Shown one piece after another: positions 30,435 through 40,031 of a DNA stretch of 64,000 nucleotides. The position numbers and the translations under genes are program-made. This DNA is from an uncultured Clostridia bacterium (GTDB taxonomy: Bacteria; Bacillota; Clostridia; Christensenellales; UBA1242): contig CALWJY010000001.1 of assembly GCA_944381135.1 (NCBI GenBank), forward strand, positions 4,378-68,377, written 5' to 3'. The notes under the pieces are model-generated. The model worked only from the letters and a program-made list of their open reading frames with translations, had not been told where the DNA came from and searched no databases. How positions within the stretch are numbered: the first letter of the stretch is position 1; every line of letters begins with the position of its first letter.

Positions 30435-31088
30435 ATGAGTTTTACAGCACAGGATGTCGCAAAACTTCGCGCTCAAACAGGCGTTGGAATGATGGAATGC
30501 AAAAAGGCGCTCACAGATGCAAATGGAGATTTTGAAAAGGCAATTGTCCTCTTGAGAGAAAGAGGGCTTAAGGCTGTTGACAAAAAGCAAGGAAGAATTG
30601 CCTCTGAAGGTTTGGTTGCTTCCTACATCCACATGGGTGGAAGAATTGGTGTTTTGGTGGAAGTTAACTGCGAAACAGACTTCGTTGCAAAAAGCGAAGA
30701 TTTTCAAACTTTGGTTAAGGATATTGCAATGCACATTGCTGCAGCAAATCCAAAATATGTTTCTGAAAGTGATGTTGACCCTGCAGAACTTGAACAAGAG
30801 AAAGAAATTTTGCGTGTTCAAGCAACAAACGAGGGCAAACCTGCAAACATCATTGAAAAGATGATTGAAGGCAGAATTAAGAAATTCTATGAGGATGTTT
30901 GCCTTTTGAATCAACACTTTGTCAAGAATCCTGATTTGACAATCAAAGACCTTTTGACAGAAGCAACACTCAAAATTGGCGAAAAAATTGCCATCCGCAG
31001 ATTTGTTAGATATGAACTTGGCGAAGGTTTGGAAAAGAGAAACGACAACCTTGCTGAAGAAGTTGCAAAACAAATGGCAGGAAAATGA
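30435..31088 (+). CDS. tsf: elongation factor Ts (short form)
   Basis: [26 protein letters not shown]. Start taken at ATG 30435. Confidence 0.98.
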   Translation: MSFTAQDVAKLRAQTGVGMMECKKALTDANGDFEKAIVLLRERGLKAVDKKQGRIASEGLVASYIHMGGRIGVLVEVNCETDFVAKSEDFQTLVKDIAMHIAAANPKYVSESDVDPAELEQEKEILRVQATNEGKPANIIEKMIEGRIKKFYEDVCLLNQHFVKNPDLTIKDLLTEATLKIGEKIAIRRFVRYELGEGLEKRNDNLAEEVAKQMAGK

Positions 31089-31185
31089 GATTTCATGCTT
31101 TTGCAAAAGAACTTGAAAATTGATGATTTGTTTTGATGCGTCAAGAAATTGAAACAAACTTCAAAAAACAATTAAAATTTGAATT

Positions 31186-31208
31186 AAACGGCAAATTTGC
31201 CGTTTTTT
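31186..31208 (+). terminator. intrinsic terminator after tsf
   Basis: AAACGGCA-aatt-TGCCGTTT followed by a T-run. Confidence 0.75.
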
Positions 31209-31404
31209 CTTTGTTTAAATATTTGCAAAATGGGTGCTTGGTGTGATAAACTAAGAAAGTTAGAGCAACAGATTGTTTTTATTTTGAGGTGGAAAAGAGA
31301 AGCAAACAGTTAAGGTTTGTCAAATTTGCATGAAATTAAAATGAAAACAAATGCTTGAACTTTAAAATTTAAACGGGTCACTGACCCAAAAGGAGAAAAT
31401 TTTT

Positions 31405-31971
31405 ATGGATGAAATGGTGGCGGAAATTTTTGAAAATTTGAAACAAGATTTGGAAAAAGCATATTCTCACCAACAGAATGAATATCTTGTTATAAGGGCG
31501 GGCAGAGCCAACCCACACATCTTGGACAAGGTTATGGTGGAATATTATGGTGTGCCAACTCCAATTGTGCAAATGGGCACAATCACGGTTTCAGAAGCGC
31601 GCATTTTGAACATCAATGTTTGGGACGCATCACAAATCAAGAATGTTGAAAAAGCAATTTCGCAATCTGACATTGGAATCACTCCAACCGATGATGGAAA
31701 AACAATCAGACTTGTTTTCCCAATGTTGACGGAAGAGCGCAGAAAAGAAATTGTCAAAAATGTCAAAAAGATTTGCGAGGAAACCAAAATTGCCATGAGG
31801 AATGCACGCCGTGACGCACTTGACATGCTGAAAGACCTCAAAAAAGACAGTGCAATTTCTGAAGATGAATTTTCGTCTTACGAGAAAGAGGTTCAAAAGC
31901 AAATTGACAAATACACTGACATGGCTGAGAAACAGGCAGAAGACAAAGAAAAAGAGGTTATGACCGTTTGA
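31405..31971 (+). CDS. frr: ribosome recycling factor
   Basis: IRAGRANP, YYGVPTP, PMLTEERRKE, RNARRDA. Confidence 0.98.
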   Translation: MDEMVAEIFENLKQDLEKAYSHQQNEYLVIRAGRANPHILDKVMVEYYGVPTPIVQMGTITVSEARILNINVWDASQIKNVEKAISQSDIGITPTDDGKTIRLVFPMLTEERRKEIVKNVKKICEETKIAMRNARRDALDMLKDLKKDSAISEDEFSSYEKEVQKQIDKYTDMAEKQAEDKEKEVMTV

Positions 31972-32126
31972 TTTTTGGTTTTAATTGATTTTAGGTCAAA
32001 ATTCAAAAAACGCAAAATGTCCGCTTTGTTGTGCGTTTTGTTAATGTTTTCCTTTGTTCTTGCCATTTCAAACTTAAAAACAGCCAAAGAAGCAACCAAC
32101 AAAAGACCGATATTGAAATTTTTTAG

Positions 32127-32843
32127 GTGGATATGTTCAGAAAAAAGAAAAAAAACTTAATAAAATTGCCAACTCACATTGCTTTCATCATGGATGGAAA
32201 TCGCAGGTGGGCGGTTGCGCGTGGGCTTAACAAGATGATTGGGCACAAACAAGGCGCAATTGCAATGAAAAACATCATTGAAACGCTCATGAAAATTAAA
32301 GAAATCAAATATGCTTCATTTTTTGCTTTTTCAACAGAAAATTGGAACAGAGACAGGCGAGAGATTGACTATTTGTTTGATTTGATTTATAATTTTGTTG
32401 AAGACAATGAGGAAAAATATAAAAAAGAAAATGTGAAAGTTGTTGTCATGGGTGACCTTTCGCGTTTTCCACAGAAATTGCAAGACATTTGCGTTCGTGC
32501 CATGAAAGAAACTGAAAACAACACCGGACTTGTTGTCAATTTGGCAATGAACTATGGCGGAAGAGACGACATTGTGCACGCGGTCAACAAATTGATTGAA
32601 AGCGGTGAAAAGAAAGTGACAATTGAAAATTTGCAGAAAAATTTATATTCTTTCCCGGCTCCAGACATAGACCTTTTGATTCGAACCAGCGGAGAGATGA
32701 GAATTTCAAATTTTATGCTTTTTCAAATGGCATACAGCGAACTTTATTTCACAAAAACTTTCTGGCCAGATTTTGATGAAAAATGTCTGCAGAAAGCACT
32801 TGTTGAATTTTCAAAACGAAACAGAAGATTTGGAGGAACATGA
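32127..32843 (+). CDS. uppS: undecaprenyl diphosphate synthase
   Basis: HIAFIMDGNRRWA, FSTENWNR, NYGGR, IRTSGEMRISNF. Confidence 0.97.
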   Translation: MDMFRKKKKNLIKLPTHIAFIMDGNRRWAVARGLNKMIGHKQGAIAMKNIIETLMKIKEIKYASFFAFSTENWNRDRREIDYLFDLIYNFVEDNEEKYKKENVKVVVMGDLSRFPQKLQDICVRAMKETENNTGLVVNLAMNYGGRDDIVHAVNKLIESGEKKVTIENLQKNLYSFPAPDIDLLIRTSGEMRISNFMLFQMAYSELYFTKTFWPDFDEKCLQKALVEFSKRNRRFGGT

Positions 32844-33805
32844 TGAAAAACAGAATCTACACATCCATTGCAATTGTCATCACATTGGTGCTTTTGTTTG
32901 TGCTTAAAATTTATGTGAGCGACTATTTCTTTGATGCGTTCTTTGCAATCATTGCGTGCATTGCAGCGTTTGAAATGTCGAGACTTTTGACAAAAATTGG
33001 AAAATATAACTTTCAACTTGTTGCAATTGCATTTCCAACGCTGCTTTTGGTTGTCAATTTGGTGGGAGTGCATTTCACCACTGTGACGGGTGACATTTTT
33101 GTGTTTCTTTACACAATTTTGGCTGACATTGGTGTGGCAATTTTGATGTTTTTGGGTGTGTTTTTGTTTGGACTTTGTCGAAAAAAGAAAACTTTGCATG
33201 AAATTGGCGTCAGAAACCTTACAAACATTTCTGTTGCTGAATTTTCAATCAAAAAGGCGCTGAACACTGCAATCACTTTCATCTATCCAGCATTTTTGTT
33301 CTTGTTTTTCAATTTTCTCAACCACTTCAACATTATGCCACTTGGAAAACTGACGGACATTGGTTCAAATGTCAGCGTTTTTGTGCTCATCACAGCGCTC
33401 ATCATTCCGATGATTACTGACACTTTTGCAATGCTGACAGGTTCTTTGATTGGTGGCAAAAAATTGTGTCCAAAAATCAGTCCGGGAAAGACAATTTCGG
33501 GTTCAATTGGCGGTGTGCTTTGGTGCGTGCTTTTTGGCGCGTGTGTGTATTTGATTTTCGGTTGCATTGAAAGTTTTGCTCCATTCATGGAAGTTTTTCC
33601 AATTTGGGCATATCTCATCATTGTTTTCATTGGCTCTTGCGTGGCACAGGGCGGAGACCTTTTTGAATCGGTCATCAAACGCCGTGCGGGTGTTTCTGAC
33701 AGCGGAAAAATTTTGCCAGGACATGGCGGAATGCTTGACAGGATTGATTCCTACATCTTTATGTCGCCATACATTTTGCTTGCGTTCTGGATTTTCACTC
33801 TTTGA
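32840..33805 (+). CDS. cdsA: phosphatidate cytidylyltransferase
   Basis: ISPGKTISG, GDLFESVIKR, LPGHGGMLDRIDS. Confidence 0.95.
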   Translation: MMKNRIYTSIAIVITLVLLFVLKIYVSDYFFDAFFAIIACIAAFEMSRLLTKIGKYNFQLVAIAFPTLLLVVNLVGVHFTTVTGDIFVFLYTILADIGVAILMFLGVFLFGLCRKKKTLHEIGVRNLTNISVAEFSIKKALNTAITFIYPAFLFLFFNFLNHFNIMPLGKLTDIGSNVSVFVLITALIIPMITDTFAMLTGSLIGGKKLCPKISPGKTISGSIGGVLWCVLFGACVYLIFGCIESFAPFMEVFPIWAYLIIVFIGSCVAQGGDLFESVIKRRAGVSDSGKILPGHGGMLDRIDSYIFMSPYILLAFWIFTL

Positions 33806-34053
33806 TGAATTTTGTCTCAAATTGCGGGTTTGACAAATTTGATTTGCTTTGATTTGCCCTTTCGTTATATTTGCGTCATAAATGCTGAAAATGTGGAAAC
33901 TCTAAGAAAAGGCGTCTGAATTTGAAAATGAATTCCTTAAAAATTTTTTGATTTGAATTCTTTTTGAATTTAAAATCTTTGAAATTGGAATCGAAAAATC
34001 AAATCGAAAAAATGAAACGAAAGACCAACACAAGTGTTTAAAAGGTTTTTGTT

Positions 34054-35184
34054 ATGATTGTTGTTTACATTTTGCTTGCCATAGTCATTCTGCTTTTCAT
34101 GGTGCTTATCCATGAATTTGGACACTATGTTGCAGGCAAAATTTTGAAGTTTAAAATCACAGAATTTTCTGTTGGTTTTGGCTTTCCAATCTTCACGCGA
34201 ACGAGCAAGAAAACGGGCGAAAAATTTTCGCTCAGAATTTTTCCATTGGGTGGATATTGCTCTTTTGAAGGCGAGGACGACGAGGGAGAATCTTCTTCTC
34301 CAACAGCATTCAACAATCAAAAGCCTTGGAAAAGAATCATTGTGTTTTTGGCGGGCGTGACAGCAAACTTTTTGACAGCCATAATTTTTTCTTGGATTTT
34401 GCTTTGCACAATTGGATATGATGTTCCGCAAATTGCGCGTTTCAATCAAGTCTACACAAATCCATATCAAGTTGGAGATGTCATCACTCACATTGAGGGA
34501 CAAAAAATTGATTTTGCATTTGGCGGAAATTTTGTTGACCTTGTCACAAGTGAAAAACAGACGGCTTTGGCGCAGTATAGAGAGCAGTATGAGGCAAATG
34601 GCAACAGTCTTGAGGGCGTTGAGGCTTCCTATACATTTGAAATGACTGTCAAGCGTGACGGAGAACTTCAAAATTTGACAATCACAATCTATCCTGTTGT
34701 TGAAGTCAACAGCACGAATGGTGAAGAATATGTAAATGTCTATACAGGGCTTGAAAGCGCGGAGGGTGAAGACCCTTGCACAGTTGCATATGTCTATGAC
34801 GCATGGTCGGGCTTTTGTCGTTCGTTTGAAATGGCATTTGGCTTTGCTTGGGTGGTTCTGAAGAGCCTTTGGATGCTCATTACATTTCAAATTCCAATCA
34901 CGGAAATGGGCGGAACAATTGCCACAATTTCCACAATTGCAACCATGGCGTCACAAAGCATGTCCTACATTTTGGTTTTCATCCCGCTGATTGCGGCGAA
35001 TTTGGCGGTGTTTAATGTCTTGCCGTTTCCGGCGCTGGACGGCTCGCATGTGCTTTTCACAATCATAGAGTGGATTCGAGGCAAGCCAATTAATCGAAAA
35101 GTTGAGAGCATGATTCACTTTGTCGGGCTTTGCATTTTGTTTGGTTTTGTGATTATTGTGGACATATTGCATTTTGTCCTATGA
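34054..35184 (+). CDS. rseP: RIP metalloprotease RseP/RasP (M50)
   Basis: HEFGH, EFSVGFG, PLGGYC, NVLPFPALDG; position after cdsA. Confidence 0.93.
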   Translation: MIVVYILLAIVILLFMVLIHEFGHYVAGKILKFKITEFSVGFGFPIFTRTSKKTGEKFSLRIFPLGGYCSFEGEDDEGESSSPTAFNNQKPWKRIIVFLAGVTANFLTAIIFSWILLCTIGYDVPQIARFNQVYTNPYQVGDVITHIEGQKIDFAFGGNFVDLVTSEKQTALAQYREQYEANGNSLEGVEASYTFEMTVKRDGELQNLTITIYPVVEVNSTNGEEYVNVYTGLESAEGEDPCTVAYVYDAWSGFCRSFEMAFGFAWVVLKSLWMLITFQIPITEMGGTIATISTIATMASQSMSYILVFIPLIAANLAVFNVLPFPALDGSHVLFTIIEWIRGKPINRKVESMIHFVGLCILFGFVIIVDILHFVL

Positions 35185-35205
35185 TTTTTGAATGATGATA
35201 TGAAT

Positions 35206-35236
35206 AAGGAACGGCGAAATGACCGTTCTTTTTTTA
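35206..35236 (+). terminator. intrinsic terminator
   Basis: AAGGAACGG...CCGTTCTT followed by a T-run. Confidence 0.65.
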
Positions 35237-35367
35237 ATAAAACTTTTTTATGTAAATTTTCAAAGTTTACAAGAGAGGATGATGTCGTGTCAAGTTTGTT
35301 TTTGGTTTGCTTTCTTTTCTGAGAAGTGATTGTTGTTCTGTGCATTTAAAATTAATTTCATATGTGC

Positions 35368-35396
35368 TTGACAAATTTTCAAGTTTGACATAAAAT
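35368..35396 (+). promoter_or_regulatory. SigA-type promoter, 6 nt upstream of ATG 35403
   Basis: TTGACA-17-TAAAAT. Confidence 0.75.
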
Positions 35397-35402
35397 TGTT
35401 GT

Positions 35403-36935
35403 ATGAATTTCCAGCAAGAGTTTGCCACAAAGTTTGGCGAAAAATATCCAACACTTCAACTTAAAAGCGTTGCGGTCAAGAAAAGCACAGGGGCGTTTTT
35501 CATCACTTTTTTATATCCATCCACCGACACAGAACTTTCTGATGAGCAAAAAAGCGAAATCACGCAGTGGATTTGCCAATTTTTGAAACTTGAAAATCTG
35601 CAAGTCAGAGTCAAGTTTATGCGTGTTTTTGTGGAAGAAAGGCTGATTATGAAGTCGGTTTTGTCTTTCTTTGAAAACAAATATAAATTGATTTCAACCT
35701 ATCTTTCTGAGAAAAGTTTTCAAATCAAAATCACACCAATTGATGTTCAGATTGGAGTTGAGGTGAGTTCGAGACTTTTTAATTTCTTCGTGGAGCACAA
35801 CATTTCGGCAGAACTTTCAAAACATCTTAAAGACAACTTTTTGGTGGATTTTGTTGTGGAACTTCATGAAAATGCCAACTTGGTTGATGAAGTGGACATC
35901 GACAATGTCCAAATGAAAACGAAATATAAAATTGTTCACAGATATAAAGTTGACATCGTGAAAGAGATTGTAGGCAAAGACATCAATCCGACACCAGAAT
36001 TTATTTCTTTCATTAAACAGCCAAAAAATTCGGTTATCGTTGCAGGCTTTGTTGACAAACTTGAACGTCGAGATTTCATCATCAAAAAAGGCAAACGCGA
36101 AGGTCAACAGAAAGCATATTTCAGTTTCAAAATTGATGACGGAAAAGGCAAAATGGACTGCATTTTCTTCTGTGCAAAAAAATATGAAAAAGTGATGGAC
36201 TCTTTGGAAGACTGCATGTTTTTGCTTTTGCGCGGGGATGTCAGACTGAACCAAATGGGCAAACTTTGCCTTTATGTTGATAAAATTGCTTTGGCAAGTC
36301 GAACGGAAGAGCCTCAAGAAATCATAAAACCACAGAAGAGTTATGATGGAAAAGTGGTTGAGGTTGAAAAACTGACCGCCATGGAACAAGACAGCATGTT
36401 TGAGCACAAAAACAAATATAACGCCAAAATTATGGGTAAAACAATTGTGGTGTTTGACATTGAAACGACAGGGCTTGACACAAATTCCGACCAAATCATC
36501 GAACTTGGTGCTGTGAAATTGGAAAATGGAAACATTGTCGAAAAATTTTCCACTTTTGTCAAACCAACAATACGAATTCCGTTTGCTGTTGTTGAACTGA
36601 CAGGAATCACGAATGAAATGGTGGAAGATGCACCACCAATTGAATTTGTCATCAAAGATTTCTATGACTTCACGCGCGGATGTGTTTTGTGTGGACATAA
36701 TGCAATTGAATTTGACATCAAATTCATCAGGCGCGAGGGGGCAAATTTGGGACTTAATTTTGACAATGAAATCATTGACACCATGAATGAGGCTCGTGTT
36801 TCAAGGCTTAAAATTTCGCGTTTCAATTTGGCAACAGTTTTGCGAGCTTTGGGGTTGACAAACGAAGGGGCTCACCGTGCGTGGAACGATGCTTACGCAA
36901 CTGCTCAGGTGCTTTTGAAACTAAACGAAGCTTGA
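35403..36935 (+). CDS. PolC-derived 3'-5' exonuclease (N-terminal domain + OB fold + DEDDh; no PHP or polymerase domain)
   Basis: ExoI FDIETTG, ExoII HNAIEFD, ExoIII HRAWND; OB-like segment VIVAGFVDKLERR..FSFKIDD..LLRGDV; lies between rseP and rimP, the usual polC position. Confidence 0.8.
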   Translation: MNFQQEFATKFGEKYPTLQLKSVAVKKSTGAFFITFLYPSTDTELSDEQKSEITQWICQFLKLENLQVRVKFMRVFVEERLIMKSVLSFFENKYKLISTYLSEKSFQIKITPIDVQIGVEVSSRLFNFFVEHNISAELSKHLKDNFLVDFVVELHENANLVDEVDIDNVQMKTKYKIVHRYKVDIVKEIVGKDINPTPEFISFIKQPKNSVIVAGFVDKLERRDFIIKKGKREGQQKAYFSFKIDDGKGKMDCIFFCAKKYEKVMDSLEDCMFLLLRGDVRLNQMGKLCLYVDKIALASRTEEPQEIIKPQKSYDGKVVEVEKLTAMEQDSMFEHKNKYNAKIMGKTIVVFDIETTGLDTNSDQIIELGAVKLENGNIVEKFSTFVKPTIRIPFAVVELTGITNEMVEDAPPIEFVIKDFYDFTRGCVLCGHNAIEFDIKFIRREGANLGLNFDNEIIDTMNEARVSRLKISRFNLATVLRALGLTNEGAHRAWNDAYATAQVLLKLNEA

Positions 36936-37414
36936 CTCGAAAACTGCGCTGTTTGCTCATTTTTGGCATTTCATGCCAAAAAGCATCGCTCTGACGCTTG
37001 TTTTCGAGTCATCGCGCCAGACGAAAATCTCACTGACGTTGCGATTTTGCGCGACTCTCTTGCGAAGAATGAGATTCTAAGAGAGATGGTGTTTTTTTAG
37101 AAAGTAGCACTGCCACAAAACCGCGCTGTTTGCTTATTTTTGCCATTTCATGCCAAAAAGTTTCGCCCTGACGCTTGTTTTCGGTGGCATTGCCACAATT
37201 TAAAGAATGCAAATTAAAAGGGGTTCAAAAAAATTCTTAAATTTTTGGGAAAAGGAATGACCAAGCATTTTCCGAGTGCTTGCGAAAAGCAAGCCGAGTT
37301 TGAGCGCGGGTCATAACGCGGTCGCGACTCTCCTATCGAAGTGGGAGATTCTAAGAAAAAGATGTGTGTTTTAAAAAGTGGCACTGCCACCATCACTCTG
37401 AGCAAAGCCCGTTG
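36933..37414. repeat. structured dispersed repeat, copies 2 and 3, plus an internal direct repeat
   Basis: Hairpins at 36933-37011, 37012-37054 and 37111-37189; 37050-37116 recurs at 37323-37390. Confidence 0.8.
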
Positions 37415-37430
37415 TTTTGAACTTATATTT

Positions 37431-37562
37431 GTCACCCTGAGCGAAGTCGAAGGGTCTCATGGTGATTAAAAAGGAAAGAGATTCTTCGACACAGCCTGTC
37501 GGCTGGCTCAGAATGACGAAGAAAATTGCCGAATGTCATTCTGACCGAAGTGGAAGAATCTC
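37431..37562. repeat. cluster of REP-like repeats including an inverted pair (REPIN-like)
   Basis: 37431-37458 direct; 37478-37517 inverted (GAGATTCTTC...TCAGAATGAC); 37535-37562 direct (GTCATTCTGA...GAAGAATCTC). Confidence 0.8.
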
Positions 37563-37761
37563 GGACTACACTTAAGGTGGCGGTGGAGCACTAATTTTTA
37601 AAAAAAACACAAAATTGTTATAATAAAATTTTTAATTTTTTGAAAAAATCCTTGCTTTTTATGATTTTTTGGGTTATAATGTTTATATCTTGACATTGGA
37701 GGGGGCATTTTTGCCTCCTCCTTGTGTTAAAAAGACATTTTTGCAAAAAATTGGAGGAAAA

Positions 37762-38220
37762 ATGGCAAAGATTAAACAAATTTGTGAAGAAAAACTTAAG
37801 AGCGTGGTTGAGGAAATGGGCTATGAACTTGTGGACGTGGACTATGTCAAAGAGGGCAGTGGAATGAGCCTTATTTTCACCATAGACAAAGATGGTGGCG
37901 TGAATGTTGACGATTGCGAACTTGTCAGCAAACAACTTGACCCAATTCTTGATGAAATCAACCCAACGGAAGACAAACCTTATACACTTGTGGTTTCATC
38001 TCCGGGTCTTGACAGACCACTTAAGACGGACAGAGATTTGAAACGCAATTTGGGCGAAGAAGTTGAAGTGACTCTCTTTGCAAAACTTGACGGAAAGAAA
38101 AAGTTTGTTGGAGTTTTGGAAAGTTTTGACGAGAAGAATATCACTTTGAAAATGGAAAAAGAAAGCAAGACATTTGAGAGAGAAAAAATTGGCTCAATCA
38201 AACTTGTCATCAAATTTTAA
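37762..38220 (+). CDS. rimP: ribosome maturation factor RimP
   Basis: DKDGGVNVDDCELVS, LVVSSPGLDRPL; GGAGG RBS at ATG 37762. Confidence 0.96.
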   Translation: MAKIKQICEEKLKSVVEEMGYELVDVDYVKEGSGMSLIFTIDKDGGVNVDDCELVSKQLDPILDEINPTEDKPYTLVVSSPGLDRPLKTDRDLKRNLGEEVEVTLFAKLDGKKKFVGVLESFDEKNITLKMEKESKTFEREKIGSIKLVIKF

Positions 38221-38230
38221 GGAGAAGAAA

Positions 38231-39418
38231 ATGGTTAATAAAGATTTTTTCAAGGCACTTGACGACCTTGAGGCAGAAAGAAAAATTGATAAGGAAACTT
38301 TCATTCAGACACTTGAAACCGCTTTGACATCTGCATACAAAAAGATGTATGGCGAGGCAAAATCTGCAATGGTGAAACTCTATCCAGAGCGCAACACCAT
38401 CAAGATTTATTCCTATAAAACTGTTGTGGAAGAGCCAGAAGATTTGGACAAAGAAATTTCACTTGCTGACGCACGACAAATCAAGAAGTCATATAAGGTT
38501 GGCGACATTGTTGCAGTTGAAGAAAGTACGAAGGATTTTGGAAGAATTGCGGCTCAAACAGCAAAGCAAGTTGTTATGCAAAAATTGCGCGAAATGGAAC
38601 GCCAAAATGCTGCAAGCGAACTTGCTGAAAAAGAAGACGAACTTTTGACAACCGTTGTCAAACGCATTGACGGAGACAATGTGTATGTGCAAATTCCGGG
38701 CACAAACACTGAGGGTGTCATGATGAAAAGCGACCAAATTCCTGGTGACAAATTTAATGTTGGCGACAGAGTTAAAGTGTATGTCAAGAAAATTAAGGAC
38801 AGTTTCAAAGGTCCACAAATTCAAGTTTCAAGAAGCAACATTGGATTCCTTAGAAAATTGTTTGAACTTGAAATTCCAGAGGTTGCAAGCGGAGATGTTA
38901 AAATCAAAAACATTGCGCGAGACCCGGGAAATCGTGCCAAAGTTGCAGTTTTCACTGAAAAACAGAATGTTGACCCAATTGGCGCTTGCGTTGGAAACAG
39001 AGGAAGCAGAATCAACACAATCATCAACGAACTTAACGGCGAGAAGATTGATTTGGTGGAATATTCTGACGACCCACTTGAATATATTGCAAGAGCGCTC
39101 AGCCCAGCGAAAGTGCTTTCTGTTGAGACAAATGACAGTTTGAACATGTCTCAAGTGATTGTTCCTGATGACAAACTTTCACTTGCAATTGGAAAGAGCG
39201 GACAAAATGTCAGACTTGCAGCAAGATTGACAGGGTGGAAGATTGATGTCAAACCGGAAAGCTATCTTAAGCCTGCCGAAACATCTCAAAGTGAAGAGAC
39301 GGAATATGAACTCACCGAACTTTCAGACGACACATCGTTTGATATGGGCGACTTGGAAGAACTTGAGCCAATTGAAAATGAATTTGGAGAGTTGGAAGAT
39401 TTAGATGACAAAGAATAA
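38231..39418 (+). CDS. nusA: transcription termination factor NusA
   Basis: FGRIAAQTAKQV, ARDPGNRAKVAV, AIGKSGQNVRLAARLTGWKID. Confidence 0.98.
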   Translation: MVNKDFFKALDDLEAERKIDKETFIQTLETALTSAYKKMYGEAKSAMVKLYPERNTIKIYSYKTVVEEPEDLDKEISLADARQIKKSYKVGDIVAVEESTKDFGRIAAQTAKQVVMQKLREMERQNAASELAEKEDELLTTVVKRIDGDNVYVQIPGTNTEGVMMKSDQIPGDKFNVGDRVKVYVKKIKDSFKGPQIQVSRSNIGFLRKLFELEIPEVASGDVKIKNIARDPGNRAKVAVFTEKQNVDPIGACVGNRGSRINTIINELNGEKIDLVEYSDDPLEYIARALSPAKVLSVETNDSLNMSQVIVPDDKLSLAIGKSGQNVRLAARLTGWKIDVKPESYLKPAETSQSEETEYELTELSDDTSFDMGDLEELEPIENEFGELEDLDDKE

Positions 39419-39686
39419 TCAACCACAAAAACAGCAGAAAGAAAAATTGCGTATGTGCATTGTTTGCAGAGGTCAAAGCGACAAAAGGGAACTTCTTCGA
39501 ATTGTCAAAAATAAAGCGGGAGAAATTTTTGTTGATAAAACCGGAAAAGCAAATGGGCGCGGGGCATATGTCTGCAAAAACAAAGAATGCTTTGAGACTC
39601 TTTGCAAAAAGAAAGCGCTGAACCGCGCATTCAAGTGTGAAGTTCCGCAAAGTGTTTATGAAAAAATAGGAGAAGAAATTGAGTGA
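39405..39686 (+). CDS. ylxR: YlxR family protein
   Basis: RMCIVCR, KRELLRIV, GRGAYVC. Confidence 0.93.
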   Translation: MTKNNQPQKQQKEKLRMCIVCRGQSDKRELLRIVKNKAGEIFVDKTGKANGRGAYVCKNKECFETLCKKKALNRAFKCEVPQSVYEKIGEEIE

Positions 39687-39978
39687 TTTGAATGGTCTTG
39701 TCATGATTGCAAGAAAGGGCGGTTATGTGATTGTCGGTCAAGACAAATTGGCTGGTTATGAGAAAAAACTCTACCTTCTTTTGCTTGATGAGACGGCGGG
39801 AAAATCGCTTGTGCGAGAGATGAATTTTCTTGCACATAAGAAAAATATTCCGCTTTGTATAGTCAAAAATCTTCCAGAAATTTCGAAAATTCCAAATTGT
39901 AAAGTGATTGGAATTAAAAATAAGAATTTGAGTGATGAAATTTTAAAAGTTTTGGACGAAGTTTCTCACAAAAATTAG
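39679..39978 (+). CDS. L7Ae/YlxQ-family RNA-binding protein (diverged)
   Basis: LVMIARKGGYVIVG, VIGIKN; position between ylxR and infB. Confidence 0.75.
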   Translation: MSDLNGLVMIARKGGYVIVGQDKLAGYEKKLYLLLLDETAGKSLVREMNFLAHKKNIPLCIVKNLPEISKIPNCKVIGIKNKNLSDEILKVLDEVSHKN

Positions 39979-40031
39979 AACAATTGCCAAAATTGTTTAA
40001 AATGTGTAAAATAAATTTAAAGGAGTATGAA

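Noticed and set aside
33970-36698. Long antisense ORFs (33970-34890, 35817-36698; likewise 1665-2435, 30396-31157) and other nested ORFs
   Set aside because: They shadow well-supported genes and have no recognisable motifs. Scarce TTA/CTA codons on the sense strand would lengthen antisense frames.
36936-37620. Frameshifted remainder of polC (pseudogene)
   Set aside because: The region is repeat DNA, no ORF in the track has PHP or polymerase motifs, and the gap is far too short.
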